From contig OZ024745.1 of assembly GCA_964016885.1 (NCBI GenBank), positions 77,996,001 to 78,060,000 on the forward strand: DNA of 64,000 bases, in the 5' to 3' direction. Under the pieces are notes generated by a model. That model saw only the letters and a program-made list of their open reading frames with translations, searched no databases and was not told where the DNA came from. Positions 37,583-50,719 of the stretch are shown here, in pieces (position 1 is the first letter of the stretch; each line of letters opens with the position of its first letter). This DNA comes from Eledone cirrhosa. Its lineage: Eukaryota. Position numbers and translations under genes: made by a program.

Positions 37583-37673
<91 letters not shown>

Positions 37674-37833
37674 AATTAGTATATCTACCAACATATATAT
37701 ACAGATGCTACCTATGCTAGCAAATATATAGGTTTTGTCTTAGTAACTTTGTGTTTCAATGCAAGGGGATGCAGAACAATTATATGAAAGACGTAAAATA
37801 AAAAAATTATAAAAATTAACTTACTAAAATTTC

Positions 37834-37916
37834 ATTCCAACTAATTAGTTTCTGAAAGGGAATAAACATGGTTTCCGAATGGAACCATGGAGAAAATCCT
37901 TTCGTCATCAGGAAGT
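37834..37916 (-). ncRNA. Type I hammerhead ribozyme with long stem II (mirror copy)
   Basis: Reverse complement of 38753-38835. Confidence 0.75.
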
Positions 37917-38752
37917 CTATTCTCAGTTAAGTTCCCAGGCAATGCGTGGACACAGGGAACTTATACAAAATAATTCAGTGGATGGAAAAAAGCATGCGAG
38001 GACTAAATTCCAGGACATTGAAAAAATCACTGCCTACTTGGTCGGTGGCAAATACAAAAGAATCAATCACGTGACATTGAGGTTAATCAGTGAGGAGTGG
38101 GGTGCTAATAAGACAAGAGCCAGACTATTACTATGAACCATAGTAGTAGTTTTGACAAATTTTTGCTCAACAAAATAATTTGGAGATAATTATAAAGAAT
38201 TAGTATATCTACCAACATATATATACAGATGCATACCAATTGAATAAATATGGTTTCCATTCGGAAACCATGTTTATTCCCTTTCAGAAACTAATTAGTT
38301 GCAGTGAAATTCTAGTAAGTAAGTTAATTTTTATAATTTTCTTATTTTACGTCTTTCATATAATTGTTCTGCATCCCCTTGCATTGAACCACAAAGTTAG
38401 TAAGATAAAACCTATATATTTGCTAGCATAGGTATGCATATGTATATATATGTTGGTAGATATACTAATTCTTTATAATTATTTCCAAATTATTTTGTTG
38501 AGCAAAAATTTGCCAAAACTACTACTATGGTTAATAGCAATAGTCAGGCTCCTGTCTTATTAGCACCCCACTCCTCACTGATTAACATCAATGTCACGTG
38601 ATTGATTCTTTTGAATTTGCCACCGACCAAGTAGGCAGTGATTTTTTCAATGTCCTGGAATTTAGTCCTCGCTTGCTTTTTTCCATCCTCTGAATTATTT
38701 TTGTATAAGTTCCCTGTGTCCACGCTTTGCCTGGGAACTTAGCTGAGAATAG

Positions 38753-38835
38753 ACTTCCTGATGACGAAAGGATTTTCTCCATGGTTCCATTCGGAAACCA
38801 TGTTTATTCCCTTTCAGAAACTAATTAGTTGGAGT
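38753..38835 (+). ncRNA. Type I hammerhead ribozyme with long stem II
   Basis: acttc CTGATGA c gaaagga ttttctc catggttcc attc ggaaaccatg tttat tccctttc a GAAA ctaattag TT ggagt. Confidence 0.8.
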
Positions 38836-39018
38836 GAAATTTTAGTAAGTAAGTAAATTCTTATAATTTTCTTATTTTACGTCTTTCATATATATATCTA
38901 TCTATATATATATATAAGTATTGAAATTTCCGTTGAAAACAGAAAAGGTCATAGAAGTGAAGAGTGCTCTATGTAAGCATCAGAGCAAAATTTAATGTAT
39001 AAAAATCAATACAATATA

Positions 39019-39096
39019 ATTACCTCATTACCAGAGGTTTCCCGAATGAGGCGAATACGAAAGAAACGTCTTCATTCGTTCGTCAGACGAGGCAAT
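39019..39096 (-). ncRNA. Type I hammerhead ribozyme (mirror copy)
   Basis: Reverse complement of 39243-39320. Confidence 0.82.
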
Positions 39097-39242
39097 ATAA
39101 AACATGGGTAAATACTTGGAAAGTCTCATCAAGAAAAGCAAAAAAAAAAAAAAATATATAGATCAAATATATGATCTATATCTTTTTTTTTTTTTTTTTG
39201 CTTTTCTTGATGAGACTTTCCAAGTATTTACCCATGTTTTAT

Positions 39243-39320
39243 ATTGCCTCGTCTGACGAACGAATGAAGACGTTTCTTTCGTATTCGCCTCATTCGGGAA
39301 ACCTCTGGTAATGAGGTAAT
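39243..39320 (+). ncRNA. Type I hammerhead ribozyme
   Basis: attgcctcgt CTGACGA a cgaatga [22 nt] tcattcg g GAAA cctctgg TA atgaggtaat; 10-bp stem I. Confidence 0.88.
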
Positions 39321-39342
39321 TATATTGTATTGATTTTTATAC

Positions 39343-39400
<58 letters not shown>

Positions 39401-39644
39401 TAAAAAGGAAAAGAAAATGCTGACAAATTTTTCCCAGTGAAAAATAGTTTAATTAGGAATAAGTATAAATTAGTAATAAGTATTGGTTAGTATTCAGTTT
39501 TAGTTTTTAAGCTTTTACCGGTTGCGCATTTCTAATGCTTTTCAAAAATAATTTTGAGATAGAGCTCTCGTGATGTTTGCTCTAATCTGTATATATATAT
39601 ATTTTAATAAATATATATATATATATATTCATTATTATCATCAA

Positions 39645-40028
39645 GAGCGGTGGATTGGCAGTATCGGTAGAGGGTCGGACGCCATGCTTTGACGCATAGA
39701 GTTACGTCCCTTGCCATTCTGAGTTCAAATCCCGCCGAGGTTAACTTTGCCTTTCATCCTCACGTGGTCGATGAAATAAAGTACCAGTAATGCACTGAGT
39801 AATTGCTGGCCTTGTGCCTAAAGTAGAAACAATTAAGGGCGGTGGATTGGCAGTATCGGTGGAGGGTCGGACGCCATGCTTTCCAGGATAGTTACGTCCC
39901 TTTACGATCTAAGTTCAAATCCCGCCGAGGTTGACTTTGCCTTTCATCCTTACGGGGTCGATAAAATAAAGTACCAGTAATGTACTGGATAATTGCTGGC
40001 CTTGTGCCTAAAGTAGAAACAATTATTA
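39645..40028 (+). mobile_element. Tandem dimer of tRNA-derived SINE (39645-39835, 39836-40028)
   Basis: A-box-like TGGCAGTATCGG, B-box GTTCAAATCC, core GCCTTTCATCCTTACGGGGTCGATAAAATAAAGTACCAG, tail GGCCTTGTGCCTAAAGTAGAAACAATTA. Confidence 0.88.
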
Positions 40029-40815
40029 TCATCTAGTTTTTGATTATGCAGGACACAATCCCTAAGTAAGGGTGAGTCCTACCTGACAGCGCTAATTAGC
40101 ACCCCGCTACATGTGTTTCTGTCCACCGGTCTCATTTGTACCAGGCCAAGCCAAACTTTATATATATATATTCCATTTATGTTAGGTTATTTACCAATGG
40201 GTAAAACTGGTGATTCCGGTTAGTAAACGATGTTGCAATAAATTAGAACACTCGACGTCGTAACACTAGATGTCGTATCCTGTGGCTGGTGCAGGAACGG
40301 ACTTAAATATTTATTGAAAAGAACAAGAGGCCGGACAAGAAATTTATTTTAGTATTCCGCGGAAACACTATACATGTTTCGACGGCCTTGCTTTTTGACC
40401 TAGTCACGATGCAAGACTTCGTATGAATGAAAATGCTGAAGAAGTATCTATCAAATAATAACATAAATGATACGAATACTCTGAAACAATTGTTATTGGT
40501 TTGTCGATTGACAAAATTTCTGCATGTGTTTATGTATTATTTGCACTTGTGTGAACCTGCAACCAATCCCCCTCAAATTTCACGATACCCTCATAAATAA
40601 TATAGTTAACCATACATGTCACTAAAACGATTGGTTGGTTGCACCTGAATATCTTTTATCAAAGATCTGCTCATCAACGGCTTGCTTACATTTTGTTCTA
40701 GTTATTACTACCGGTGTTCAGTAACACATTTATCCCCGACGTAAGATAATTTTGGACACATTCGTGCATGTGCACACACATACATACACATATACATAAA
40801 ACGACGGCAAATATT

Positions 40816-41024
40816 GGTATCTACTTTAGGCACAAAGCCAGTAATGTTTTTTTTTTGGGGGGGGGGTCGATTAAACCGACCCAATTCGTTACTGGTACTT
40901 TATTTTATTGACCCCGTAAGGGCGAAAGGAAAACCTAACCTCGGCGGTATTTGAACTCAGAACGTAAAGTGCAGTAACAATATGCCGCAAAGAATTTTGT
41001 CCGACGCTCTACCGATACTGCCCT
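40816..41024 (-). mobile_element. tRNA-derived SINE with 11-bp target-site duplication
   Basis: Reverse complement of the SINE consensus; cggcaaatatt at 40805-40815 and 41025-41035. Confidence 0.85.
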
Positions 41025-41597
41025 CGGCAAATATTCAAAATTCTTTGCCCACACCCACACAAGATTCGTTCATACATTCATCCATTTATAAATAAATACA
41101 TATTGTTTCTCTTTTTTCGTTTATTTAATTCATTTATTCATTGTCTTTCTTTTGTTACTCTTTCGCTTTCTGTCTGTCTTCCCTTTTCTCTCACCTTCTC
41201 TCAAACATTTTTACTTTCATATTTTCCTCTTGTCTTTTTTCTCAGACACTCTGTCTCATTTTCTCGTTCGGGTTTTGGCTGTGAAAGAAACCTTAAACGA
41301 AATACATATATTCCATTTGCCCTATGTTTTACACCAGAGTGCAATATAGAATCTGTAAAACCTCCTTAGCTGTTGTCTAAATGTTATTTTCAGATCTGTA
41401 TACTGCTGTGCAAATCTGATATCAAATTACGATGTATTTCCTTGCAGATATACATAAACAGATTGAGATCAGACAGAACCCCAGAATAGGGACGCAGACG
41501 GACAAGAAGACAGCTTGACTGAGAATTAGACTGAGATATTATCGGTGTGAAAGGGTGAAAGAATGTCTGTGTCATAGATTGGTTTGTATATATGTGG

Positions 41598-41734
<137 letters not shown>

Positions 41735-42271
41735 AGAAAGAGAGAAAGAGATACGAGTTAGTGTGCGCGTGCGTGTCTGTATAAATGGACAGGGAGTTAG
41801 ATGCATAGAATTCGCATAGAAATTACATATCTATTTGTATATGTAAATATATAAAAACAAACATAAGGCCGATATAGTCTTTAAGGGTAATAGCTGTGTG
41901 CGTCTGTGTGTGTGTGTGTCTGGCTGGTTGTCTGTGGGCGTGGTATCTTTTTCTACATGGACATAGTTATGTGAATATGCACATCTATATATATAAAACT
42001 GAAAATGTATGTGTGTGTATGTGTGTGTCTGTTCCGCAGCAACTTTTGATCCGTAAGGCCGATTTTCAAAATATTTTTTGTAATCAACCACAAACTTATC
42101 AGCACAGGTCGGCACGACATGGCGAATGATCGACTCCCCCTTTGTCCAGGTAAAGAAATCGATAAAACTGACTATAGGTACGACTTTGCACAGAAAAAAA
42201 ATCTCTATATCTATAAAAATGAAAAAGAAAGGGTGAGAGTGAAAGAAACAGACAGACTAAAAGAGGAGGAT

Positions 42272-42312
<41 letters not shown>

Positions 42313-42625
42313 GAGAGAGATACATGACTGTGGAAGAGGGGTAAGGAATGCTATAACTAATTAACATGTGTGCGTGTGTGTGTGCGTGCGCGAGCGTGTG
42401 TGTGTGTGTTCGTGCAGCGTTCCAGTAAGATTTAAATCTATTAAGCGAGGATAATACGTCGTTATGTGGACCGAGAAGAACAATTTCATGCAAAGACAAG
42501 ATCAAGTTTATGGTGTAAATGGAGTCGTTAGACTAATATTCTATTTAAAATAACCGAATGATTTCCAGCCCCGGAATTTAAGAATGATGTAAATAAAATT
42601 GTAAACGAAAATGAGAGGTTATTAA

Positions 42626-42740
42626 AATAGTTGTTTCTACTTTTGGCACAAGACCAGCAATTAACCAGTACAATACTGGTACTTTATTTTATCGACCCAG
42701 TATGGATGAAAGGCAAAGTTAACCTCGACGGGAATTTAAC
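42626..42740 (-). mobile_element. SINE 3' half
   Basis: gtttctacttttggcacaag...ggatgaaaggcaaagttaacctc. Confidence 0.8.
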
Positions 42741-43039
42741 TTTGCCTTAAAATAGTAAAAGTAAATAGTGAAGATTTAGGCCAGTACATACGTATGCGCC
42801 GACGGACATACACATACATATACACACAAACACACACACGCGCGCGCGCGCACGTCTGTGTGTGTAAACCTTATGCATTTCTACAGTATTTTCACTAAAC
42901 TTAAGACATAGTTTGCTTATGTACTCAGGATTGTCATGGGCACTTTCATTTTTCCAGATATTGATTATAGGGCCTCCCGGCAGATAACCCCCTTTAACCA
43001 GTTCCTTGGAGTCGACTGAAGCACTGCAGTGCAATGCAA

Positions 43040-43290
43040 CAAAACGTCATAACTTCTGGAGTTCGCAACCGATTTTCACAAAACTTGACACATGGGCTAC
43101 GTTTGTTCTACAGATGAATGTGAACTCTCAGAATTGGCACATATGAGTAGGGGACCACTGGGGGCAGGAACCCCCTTTTGTAAAAAGCCGATGATGTTGT
43201 AAAAGTATAGTTTTCGAAGCAGCACTGAAGTATTGACATAAATGGTATACATAACTGCTATTTAATACCCGAGCAACTGCTGCTAGTATA
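43040..43290 (+). mobile_element. Possible non-autonomous Helitron-like remnant
   Basis: accgattttcacaaaacttgacacat motif and a taatacccgagcaac..gctagt end (CTAGT terminus). Confidence 0.3.
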
Positions 43291-43443
43291 CTATATAAAA
43301 ATTTAACGCCGGATCTTTTCTGGCAATATTTTATTCTTATACACATTAAATGTCAGGTAATTGCAAATTTCTCATAAAAGCACATCTATATACATATGTA
43401 TATTTGATATGAGGTGTCTCTTACTGCGCCTACCCTACGAATT

Positions 43444-43688
43444 CAGGGGCGGGGGAAACATTTCTGAATTGGGGATGGGGAAGCAAATTTGGATAATTTA
43501 GTTGCAGTGATTAGTTCAGCTCTTTGGACTCTAAAATGGTCAGAAAACTTTGATATTCGATCAACATGACATGTACATAAATTGTAGCGCATATCCAAAT
43601 AGATGTGGTTTTTTGGGGGGGTAGTTTGGGGAGAAAATATAATTATTGGAATAGGGGCATGCCCGCCTCCCCAGTTCCACCGCCACTG
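43444..43688. mobile_element. MITE-like element with CAGGGGCGG/CCGCCACTG termini (relatives 44733-44842, 52597-52815)
   Basis: Short terminal inverted repeats; internal acatgtacataaattgtagcgcatat..gtagtttggggagaaaa shared by three loci. Confidence 0.55.
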
Positions 43689-43787
43689 TATATATATAAT
43701 TTTTAAAAAATTATGCTCTGTGCCCTTTCCTAAGTGATTCATATTGATATATTGATACAGCGGCTGGAGAATCTAATATTAACCCCT

Positions 43788-44410
43788 CTACCATGCAACA
43801 CTCTCTCTCATTCCCTCTCACTCTATCCATCACTACCAAACTCCCCCCTCATTATATCTACCATAGAAAACTCTCTCCCAATTCCATCTCTATATCAATT
43901 ATAACCAATCTATCCCCCTCTCTATATCTACCATATAACACTCTCTCTCATTCCCTCTCACTCTATCCATCACTACCAAACTCCCCCCTCTTTATATCTA
44001 CCATAGAAAACTCTCTCCCAATTCCATCTCTATATCAATTATAACCAATCTATCCCCCTCTCTATATCTACCATACAACACTCTCTCTCATTCCCTCTCA
44101 CTCTATCCATCACTACCAAACTCCCCCCTCTTTATATCTACCATAGAAAAGTCTCTCCCAATTCCATCTCTATATCAATTATAACCAATCTATCCCCCTC
44201 TCTATATCTACCATACAACACTTTCTCTCATTCCCTCTCACTCTATCCATCACTACCAAACTCCCCCCTCTTTATATCTACCATAGAAAAGTCTCTCCCA
44301 ATTCCATCTCTATATCAATTATAACCAATCTATCCCCCTCTCTATATCTACCATACAACACTTTCTCTCATTCCCTCTCACTCTATCCATCACTACCAAA
44401 CGCTCACCTC
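43788..44410. repeat. 140-bp CT-rich minisatellite, ~4.4 copies (degenerate to ~44700)
   Basis: ccat[ag][ct]aacact recurs at 43791, 43931, 44071, 44211 and 44351. Confidence 0.93.
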
Positions 44411-45694
44411 TCTATATCTATCAATACCTATATCTATCAATCATCTCACTCTTTTCATTACCACCAAACTCTCCCCTTCTCTACATCAACACTCTCTCTT
44501 AATTCCCCTTCTATATATCTACTACACGGAACTCTTATCCATTCCCCCTCTCTATATCAATTAGCACCAAACTCTCTTCCAATAACCCTTTCTATATCAC
44601 TAAACATCAATCTCTCCCCCTCTCTATATCTAATATACAACACACTCTCCCAACATTCCTCCCTATATCAATTACCACCAAACTTTCCCCCTCTGTATAT
44701 ATGTATCTATCTTTCCCGTTTGTCTCTACATAACATGTACATAAATTGTAGCGCATATACAAATAGATTTGTGCATTGGTAGTTTGGGGAGAAAAATATA
44801 ACTATTGGGTGTGCCATTGCCCCACTGCCACCCCCTCACCCACCCCCTGTCCACCGCCCCTAGCATTACCATATATATGAACCTTATATTTCAGATACAC
44901 ATTGAATAGTGTAAGTATGTACGATATTATCACTGGTGTTTTAATTCAAGCTATAGTCATCAATACATTCTCCATGTTTAGGATACTTCATTTGCTCGTG
45001 TCATGTAGTTGATTTAGTAGGTGCCCCAATATCAGATTTTCAGTGTTCATTTGTCAATATGTAACTTATGCTACTGTTGGTGTTAGGGTTGTTGTTGATG
45101 TTGCTGTTTATACTCCAGTATTTCTGTGTAAGTTAGTCGTATAATCAAATAGATTCCAGCGGTGACTGTCCTTCTGTTCTTCAGATGAATCGTATGAAGG
45201 ATCATATTATCCAATAAGTGTGATACTTTTAATTGATTTATATATAATGATATGGTCTGGTGACAAGTCCTTTAATTTGATATTCCTTTTGAGCAACAAG
45301 ACTTTTACGGCTGCAGGAAAAATACGTGAATGACGGAAATTACAGAGACATTTTACGTGTTTTTCTTTCTAATCTGGCGGGTAAACAAGAACTTTATCTT
45401 CACGATATGTGACCTGTTCCTGACATAAATCTATTGGACATGGACATATGTTTTAGGAATTATTGCAATGCCCTGAAGGTTGAGCCATCTAGACATCTAT
45501 ACAGTGTAATACTCGTCGTCGATAAGATGTAATCCTGAATGATATTTAGATGGTAGATTAAATATATAGTGAAGAGTTGCCTAAAGCCTTGCATATTTTG
45601 TTAAAAGAAACATTCCTTCTCACTCCACTTTCTCTGTATATCTTTCCCTCTCTCTTTACTACACATGTGTAAACACAAGGGCACCCATATATGG

Positions 45695-45748
<54 letters not shown>

Positions 45749-46185
45749 TGTGTGTAAAACAATGAAAGAAGTCAAGGTGGAATCGTTAATTAATCCATTG
45801 TTTTACGATCGTTTCAGGGGATAAAATTATAGATAACATTTAGCCAACTCCATACTATTAGCATAAAAATATAAGTCCATAATGCTGTCTATACTAAAAA
45901 ACAATGTCTGGGTCAGATTCTTTATTAATAGATGATTCGATGAGATATTCCCATCACCACTACATAAAGTTATAAATTGGTTATGAATCCTACATTGATT
46001 AGGAAAAACACTAATGTCTATATATGGATTTTTATTGACTGTTTTTATTTATTTTGCAAGGGATGGAAATTGCTAAAGAGCCTATTCTGTTGATGATATT
46101 TGATTAATTAAGGATAAGCACATTAATTTTTCACTTGACATTTATTCAAATTCAAATTTTGATTCTTGTTAAATTCTAATTGTAA

Positions 46186-46368
46186 TAATTGTTTCTACTT
46201 TTTAGCACAAGGCCAGCAATTACCCAGTGTATTACTGGTACTTTATTTTATCGGCCCTGTAAGGATGAAAGGCAAAGTTAACCTCGGTGGGATTTGAACT
46301 CAGAATGCCAAGGGCCGTAATTCTATGCGTCAAAACATGGCGTCCGACCCTCTACCGATACTGCCAAT
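46186..46368 (-). mobile_element. tRNA-derived SINE
   Basis: Full reverse-complement match to the 39645 copy. Confidence 0.88.
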
Positions 46369-46781
46369 TTGTAATGATGTTATATTTATTCTGCTATTAT
46401 ACGCAAACAATTCATTGTTTCTGCTTGATTTAACTTCGTCAGCACGAAGCAATGAGGATTCATTAAATTCATATCATAATTAAAACATTGACTTTATTCA
46501 ATGTTTTTGGAAAATTTCCAACATGGTGAGAGAGAGATAACAATGCGTACATATATTTGATAAGGAATTATTGTTTGTGACTGATTTTTGATGAAGTAAA
46601 TCAAAAGAAAAGAAGGTACGAGGGTCGGCTAAAAGGTTCATAGGCTGACTATGAAGAAATGATGCTAGAGCTGTAAAATCTTACACGTATCAATTTCAAC
46701 TTTTCTCTAGCCAGGAAATGTAACTTTAATATGCATACAGTGGAACTATAGGGTTAGATTATTATTGTGTAAAAATCTGAG

Positions 46782-46930
46782 GGCGGTGGGTTGGCAGTTT
46801 CTGTAGAGCGTCGGGATGGAGTTACGGCCCTTTACGTTCTAATTTCAAGTCACGTTGAGGTTAACTTTGCCTTTCATCCTTACGGGGTCGATAAAATAAT
46901 GTACCAGTAACGCACTGAGGTCGATTTAAT
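46782..46930 (+). mobile_element. tRNA-derived SINE, diverged
   Basis: ggcggtgggttggcag..gcctttcatccttacggggtcgataaaataatgtaccag. Confidence 0.8.
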
Positions 46931-47939
46931 TTGGTCTCATCCATTCCAAATTCATTTCAAATAATCAAACTAGAACATAACAGTGTAGAATCGCTGTCGT
47001 GAATATGAACATAAAGACATAGATCGAGAGAATGTGGGTGGGAGAATATGAAAACAGTGGTTTGAAAAGTGAACAGATATAAAACGTGGAAGAAGAAGAA
47101 GAAAAACGAGCTCTAGATAGGTGAATAGTACAGAGAAAAAGTGCGGAGGAACTAATCACAGTGGTCGAGATCAATATGGTTGTGGTTGGTCCGGAGTTTA
47201 GGTTTTCTTGTTTGAAAATACTTCTCGAAATGAAGGCATGTATAAAACTGTCCATCATTGGCGTATTTTAAATGTTTGAGAATTACGTTTTTCTCAATGG
47301 TGTGAAACCTGCACTTCCTTAATAGTTAATATAGTCCTTGGGTTTCTCAAGTTCTTTTTATTTATTTATAGCTGCCACATCCTTCAATTTCCATACGGGG
47401 AGATTTTCTCAATCTTATGCTTGAAGGCTGAAACATGGGTGTAAAATCTTTGCACTAAATTAGCACTCAAAACATTGATTTGTGACTGCTATTTGGTTTA
47501 TAAACGATTGACTTGATATTTCATTTCTCGTCTAATGTGCATTGAACCTTCTTACATGAACATACCGGTTAATTTTGTGGTTTGGATTTATTTGTTGTAA
47601 GGGATTTAATGTTAGGAGCACAGCAGTAGCTTATCTTAATAGAACGTATACGAAGATTTTGCTATGTTGGTGGTGTGATGAAAAATGCTTATCTAGCTGT
47701 GCCATAAATTTCTTAATTATGTTTTACTTCATATTTAAGGAGAATGATGTTGTGTACGAACTAGATAATTTTATTTTTCTATTCTTGAATCTTTGGGGTT
47801 GGGAGAGTGCTATAAAAACTCTTATCATTATATCCACTGTCTAGTAGGGTCCTGTTGTACTAGGTAGCAGCTTACTGAATATATCTTTAGAAAAGGATAC
47901 ATTAGAGAGTCAGTTGTTAGCATCGGAGATAAGATTCTT

Positions 47940-48385
47940 AAAATCCATGAGCGTGAGGTGGTGAATGTCAACTACGACACAGAGAGCTTTACAGCCTCTG
48001 TCTCGGACGTGCGATCCATTCTCCACCTGATGCAGGTGACCCCGAAAGTGGAGGTCCTCAACCTCTGGCCACCGATCTTCCCGCCAGCCATTCGCTCCAC
48101 TATCAGATCCAGGCTCTACCATCTCACGACCTTCAAGAACAGACTGGGCTGGAGTGACGCTCCTCCAGCCCTCTTCCTGTTAAGGAAATGCTTCACCATG
48201 CCAAAGCTCCTCTGCGCGTTTCGTAGTGCTCCATGACCTCGATACTTGTATCTGAGGGGCAGCTGAGGAGATATGCAACATCAGGTTTGACAACTTCGGA
48301 TGGCAACAGGCCACCTTACCCGTTAGAAACGGTGGCCTTGGTCTCCGATCTCTGGTGTCGTTGCCTTTGCCGGCCTTTCTTTCGT
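47940..48385 (+). mobile_element. CRE-like (RLE-type) non-LTR retrotransposon post-RT fragment
   Basis: ALFLLRKCFTMPKLLCAFRSAP then WQQATLPVRNGGLGLRS..LPAFLSS, typical of CRE-clade ORFs; GC-rich island in AT-rich DNA. Confidence 0.6.
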
Positions 48386-49108
48386 CGATAGTAATACATA
48401 GGCGACGAATTGGCAGGGTTGGATAGAATGCTTTGCGGTATTAATTTCGGCTCTCTGCTCCCTGAGTTCAAATTGCGCCGAGGTCAACTTGTCTTTCATG
48501 CATTCGAGGGCGATAGAAAAAGTACCTACTTAGTACTGGGGTCGATTCTTCCTCTATATTTCTTTCTCATTTCCATTCTCTCCCTCTTTCTTTCATTCTC
48601 TGGAAGAAATCTGCTGCATTCAGACATGGAACGATTTTAAAATGCCCTTGAAACACTGTATATGAATATGGTGCTCCTACGACTCCTTTGGGAGTTACGA
48701 AATCATGCAAGCATAAATAGAAATACATAAACACATCCACTATTCTCATAGTTGTATGATTCAGTATCGTCAATCAGATGAGCATGAAATCTCACCCTGC
48801 ATAGAATACTATTCTTTTACAGGTGACTTTACCTGGATTTGCATAGCCGTAGAAATTATTTTATTAGATGTAATAAAGTTTAGATTGATGGAGAAAGAAT
48901 CATTTCGTCTTTACTTCGGTCATTTTGTCACCAAGCTGTCTCATTAGGTTGTGCCCACACACACTCACACACACAATCAAATACGCACATATACTCATGT
49001 GCGTGGGCTTTTTTTCTGTGCAGGTACACACTGGTAGTGTATTTTCTTTAAAAGATATTTTATCTTGTTCATGTACATGTATTTGAATACATTGACTAAG
49101 TACATGGC

Positions 49109-49192
<84 letters not shown>

Positions 49193-49443
49193 TGTGCATG
49201 TGTGCGTTTGTGTGATCTTATATGTGTATGTGACAGTCTGTGTGTTGTCTGATTAAGTAAGAGAAAAAGTTTTCAGTAAAGTTTCTAGCTTTTAGGAAGT
49301 GGTCTCTAGTGGTGGTGTGAGTAGAAAATACAATTCTACTCCACCCTTTAAATATATACTTTCTCTGTCTCAGATTAACGCACGCAAAAACACAAGCACA
49401 GACACACAAACACACACACACACATACATGCGTACACATGCAC

Positions 49444-49476
<33 letters not shown>

Positions 49477-49947
49477 GACATACCTTCTGTCTCTCAATTT
49501 CACTCCCACTCTCATTATATTCCACTTAATACACACACACACACTTTCTCTCTTTCACTATCTCACTACTCCTTAACCCCTCCTACCTCTCTCTCTCTCT
49601 CTCTCTCTCACTAAAACATCTACTCTCACACGTTCTCTCTATCTCTTTCTCTCTATCCACTCCACCAATGACAATGTGCATGCGTTTGTTTGAATAACTT
49701 TGTGTAAGTGTGTTTGTGTGTGTTCATAAGTAAACATATGAGACTGTTTATGTATGCGTGCTTCTAGTGGGGTTGTGTAGACGTGCGAGCAGACGTGTGT
49801 GTTGTGTGGCCTCCGCCACCGCTCTCTTTGGACTGGACTACACTATTTCCCACGTGCCAACACGACAGTAGTAGATATCAGGCCAGAACGACCGAAAACA
49901 TCGGAATTTAACTAAAGAGTTACAAGCTACCAGACAACACAGCCAGC

Positions 49948-49958
49948 ATGGTACTAAG
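49948..49958 (+). CDS. Candidate first coding exon end (ATG GTA CTA AG|gtaagc) of an unidentified host gene
   Basis: gccagcATGG start context, strong AG|GTAAG donor, preceded by ~170 bp of unique GC-richer sequence between microsatellites; no downstream exon identified. Confidence 0.3.
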
Positions 49959-50003
49959 GTAAGCCCCTCGTTGTGTATTTGCAAAACACCACCAAGCAAC
50001 AAC

Positions 50004-50083
50004 CTATCTATCTATCTATCTATCTATCTGTCTATCTATCTATCTGTCTATCTATATCTGTCTGTCTGTCTATCCAGCCATCA

Positions 50084-50115
<32 letters not shown>

Positions 50116-50132
50116 GTCTATCTATCTATCTG

Positions 50133-50165
<33 letters not shown>

Positions 50166-50220
50166 ATCTGTCTGTCTGTCTATCCAGCCATCAATCTATC
50201 TATCTATCTATCTATCTATA
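50004..50220. repeat. (TATC/TGTC)n microsatellite
   Basis: Direct tetranucleotide run with an internal duplicated ccagccatcaa interruption. Confidence 0.93.
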
Positions 50221-50310
50221 TATTCATGCATGTGTCAACATATACACACACATACGCCGGTATATTGATATGTCTATATGGAGTATTTATTTGTATATAT
50301 ATGTGTGTGT

Positions 50311-50373
<63 letters not shown>

Positions 50374-50684
50374 TATATATGTGTGTGTATAAACATGTGC
50401 GTGTGTGTGTGTATGCATGTATAATATAAAATATTATATACATACATACTCGCACACACATACACACACGCAAGAATATATATATATATATCCACACACA
50501 TTCATGTTATTAAGGCTAAATAGTGAGTCTTGTTACTGTGGAGTTTCGCCTGTTTACACAGGCTAATAAACAGGTGAATCTACTACAGAGTAACAAGTCT
50601 CCCTAGTTAGCCTTAATAAAATCGATCTATGGATTATTCTTTTCTTTCAGCCGTCAATCACATACGGATATATATATATATGTC

Positions 50685-50719
<35 letters not shown>

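Larger units (their letters stand above)
37057..37589. mobile_element. Head-to-head HHR element fused to the PLE-2 5' end (~445-nt unit)
   Basis: Minus arm 37057-37290 and plus arm 37291-37589; inverted identity 37057-37136 / 37291-37370. Confidence 0.8.
37671..38890. mobile_element. Head-to-head pair of ~525-bp HHR units (minus arm 37671-38237, plus arm 38250-38890), with (TA)n on both sides
   Basis: Each arm exceeds one unit (periods ~524 and ~531); homologous to 28736-29312. Confidence 0.85.
38915..39346. mobile_element. Palindromic HHR element (arms ~173 bp, 38993-39165 / 39172-39346) plus 3' extension 38915-38992
   Basis: Almost perfect inverted repeat with an HHR in each arm; TA flanks. 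Confidence 0.8.

Noticed and set aside
39645-39740. tRNA gene
   Set aside because: The A/B boxes are followed by a repeated SINE core and tail found about 10 times; no full cloverleaf.
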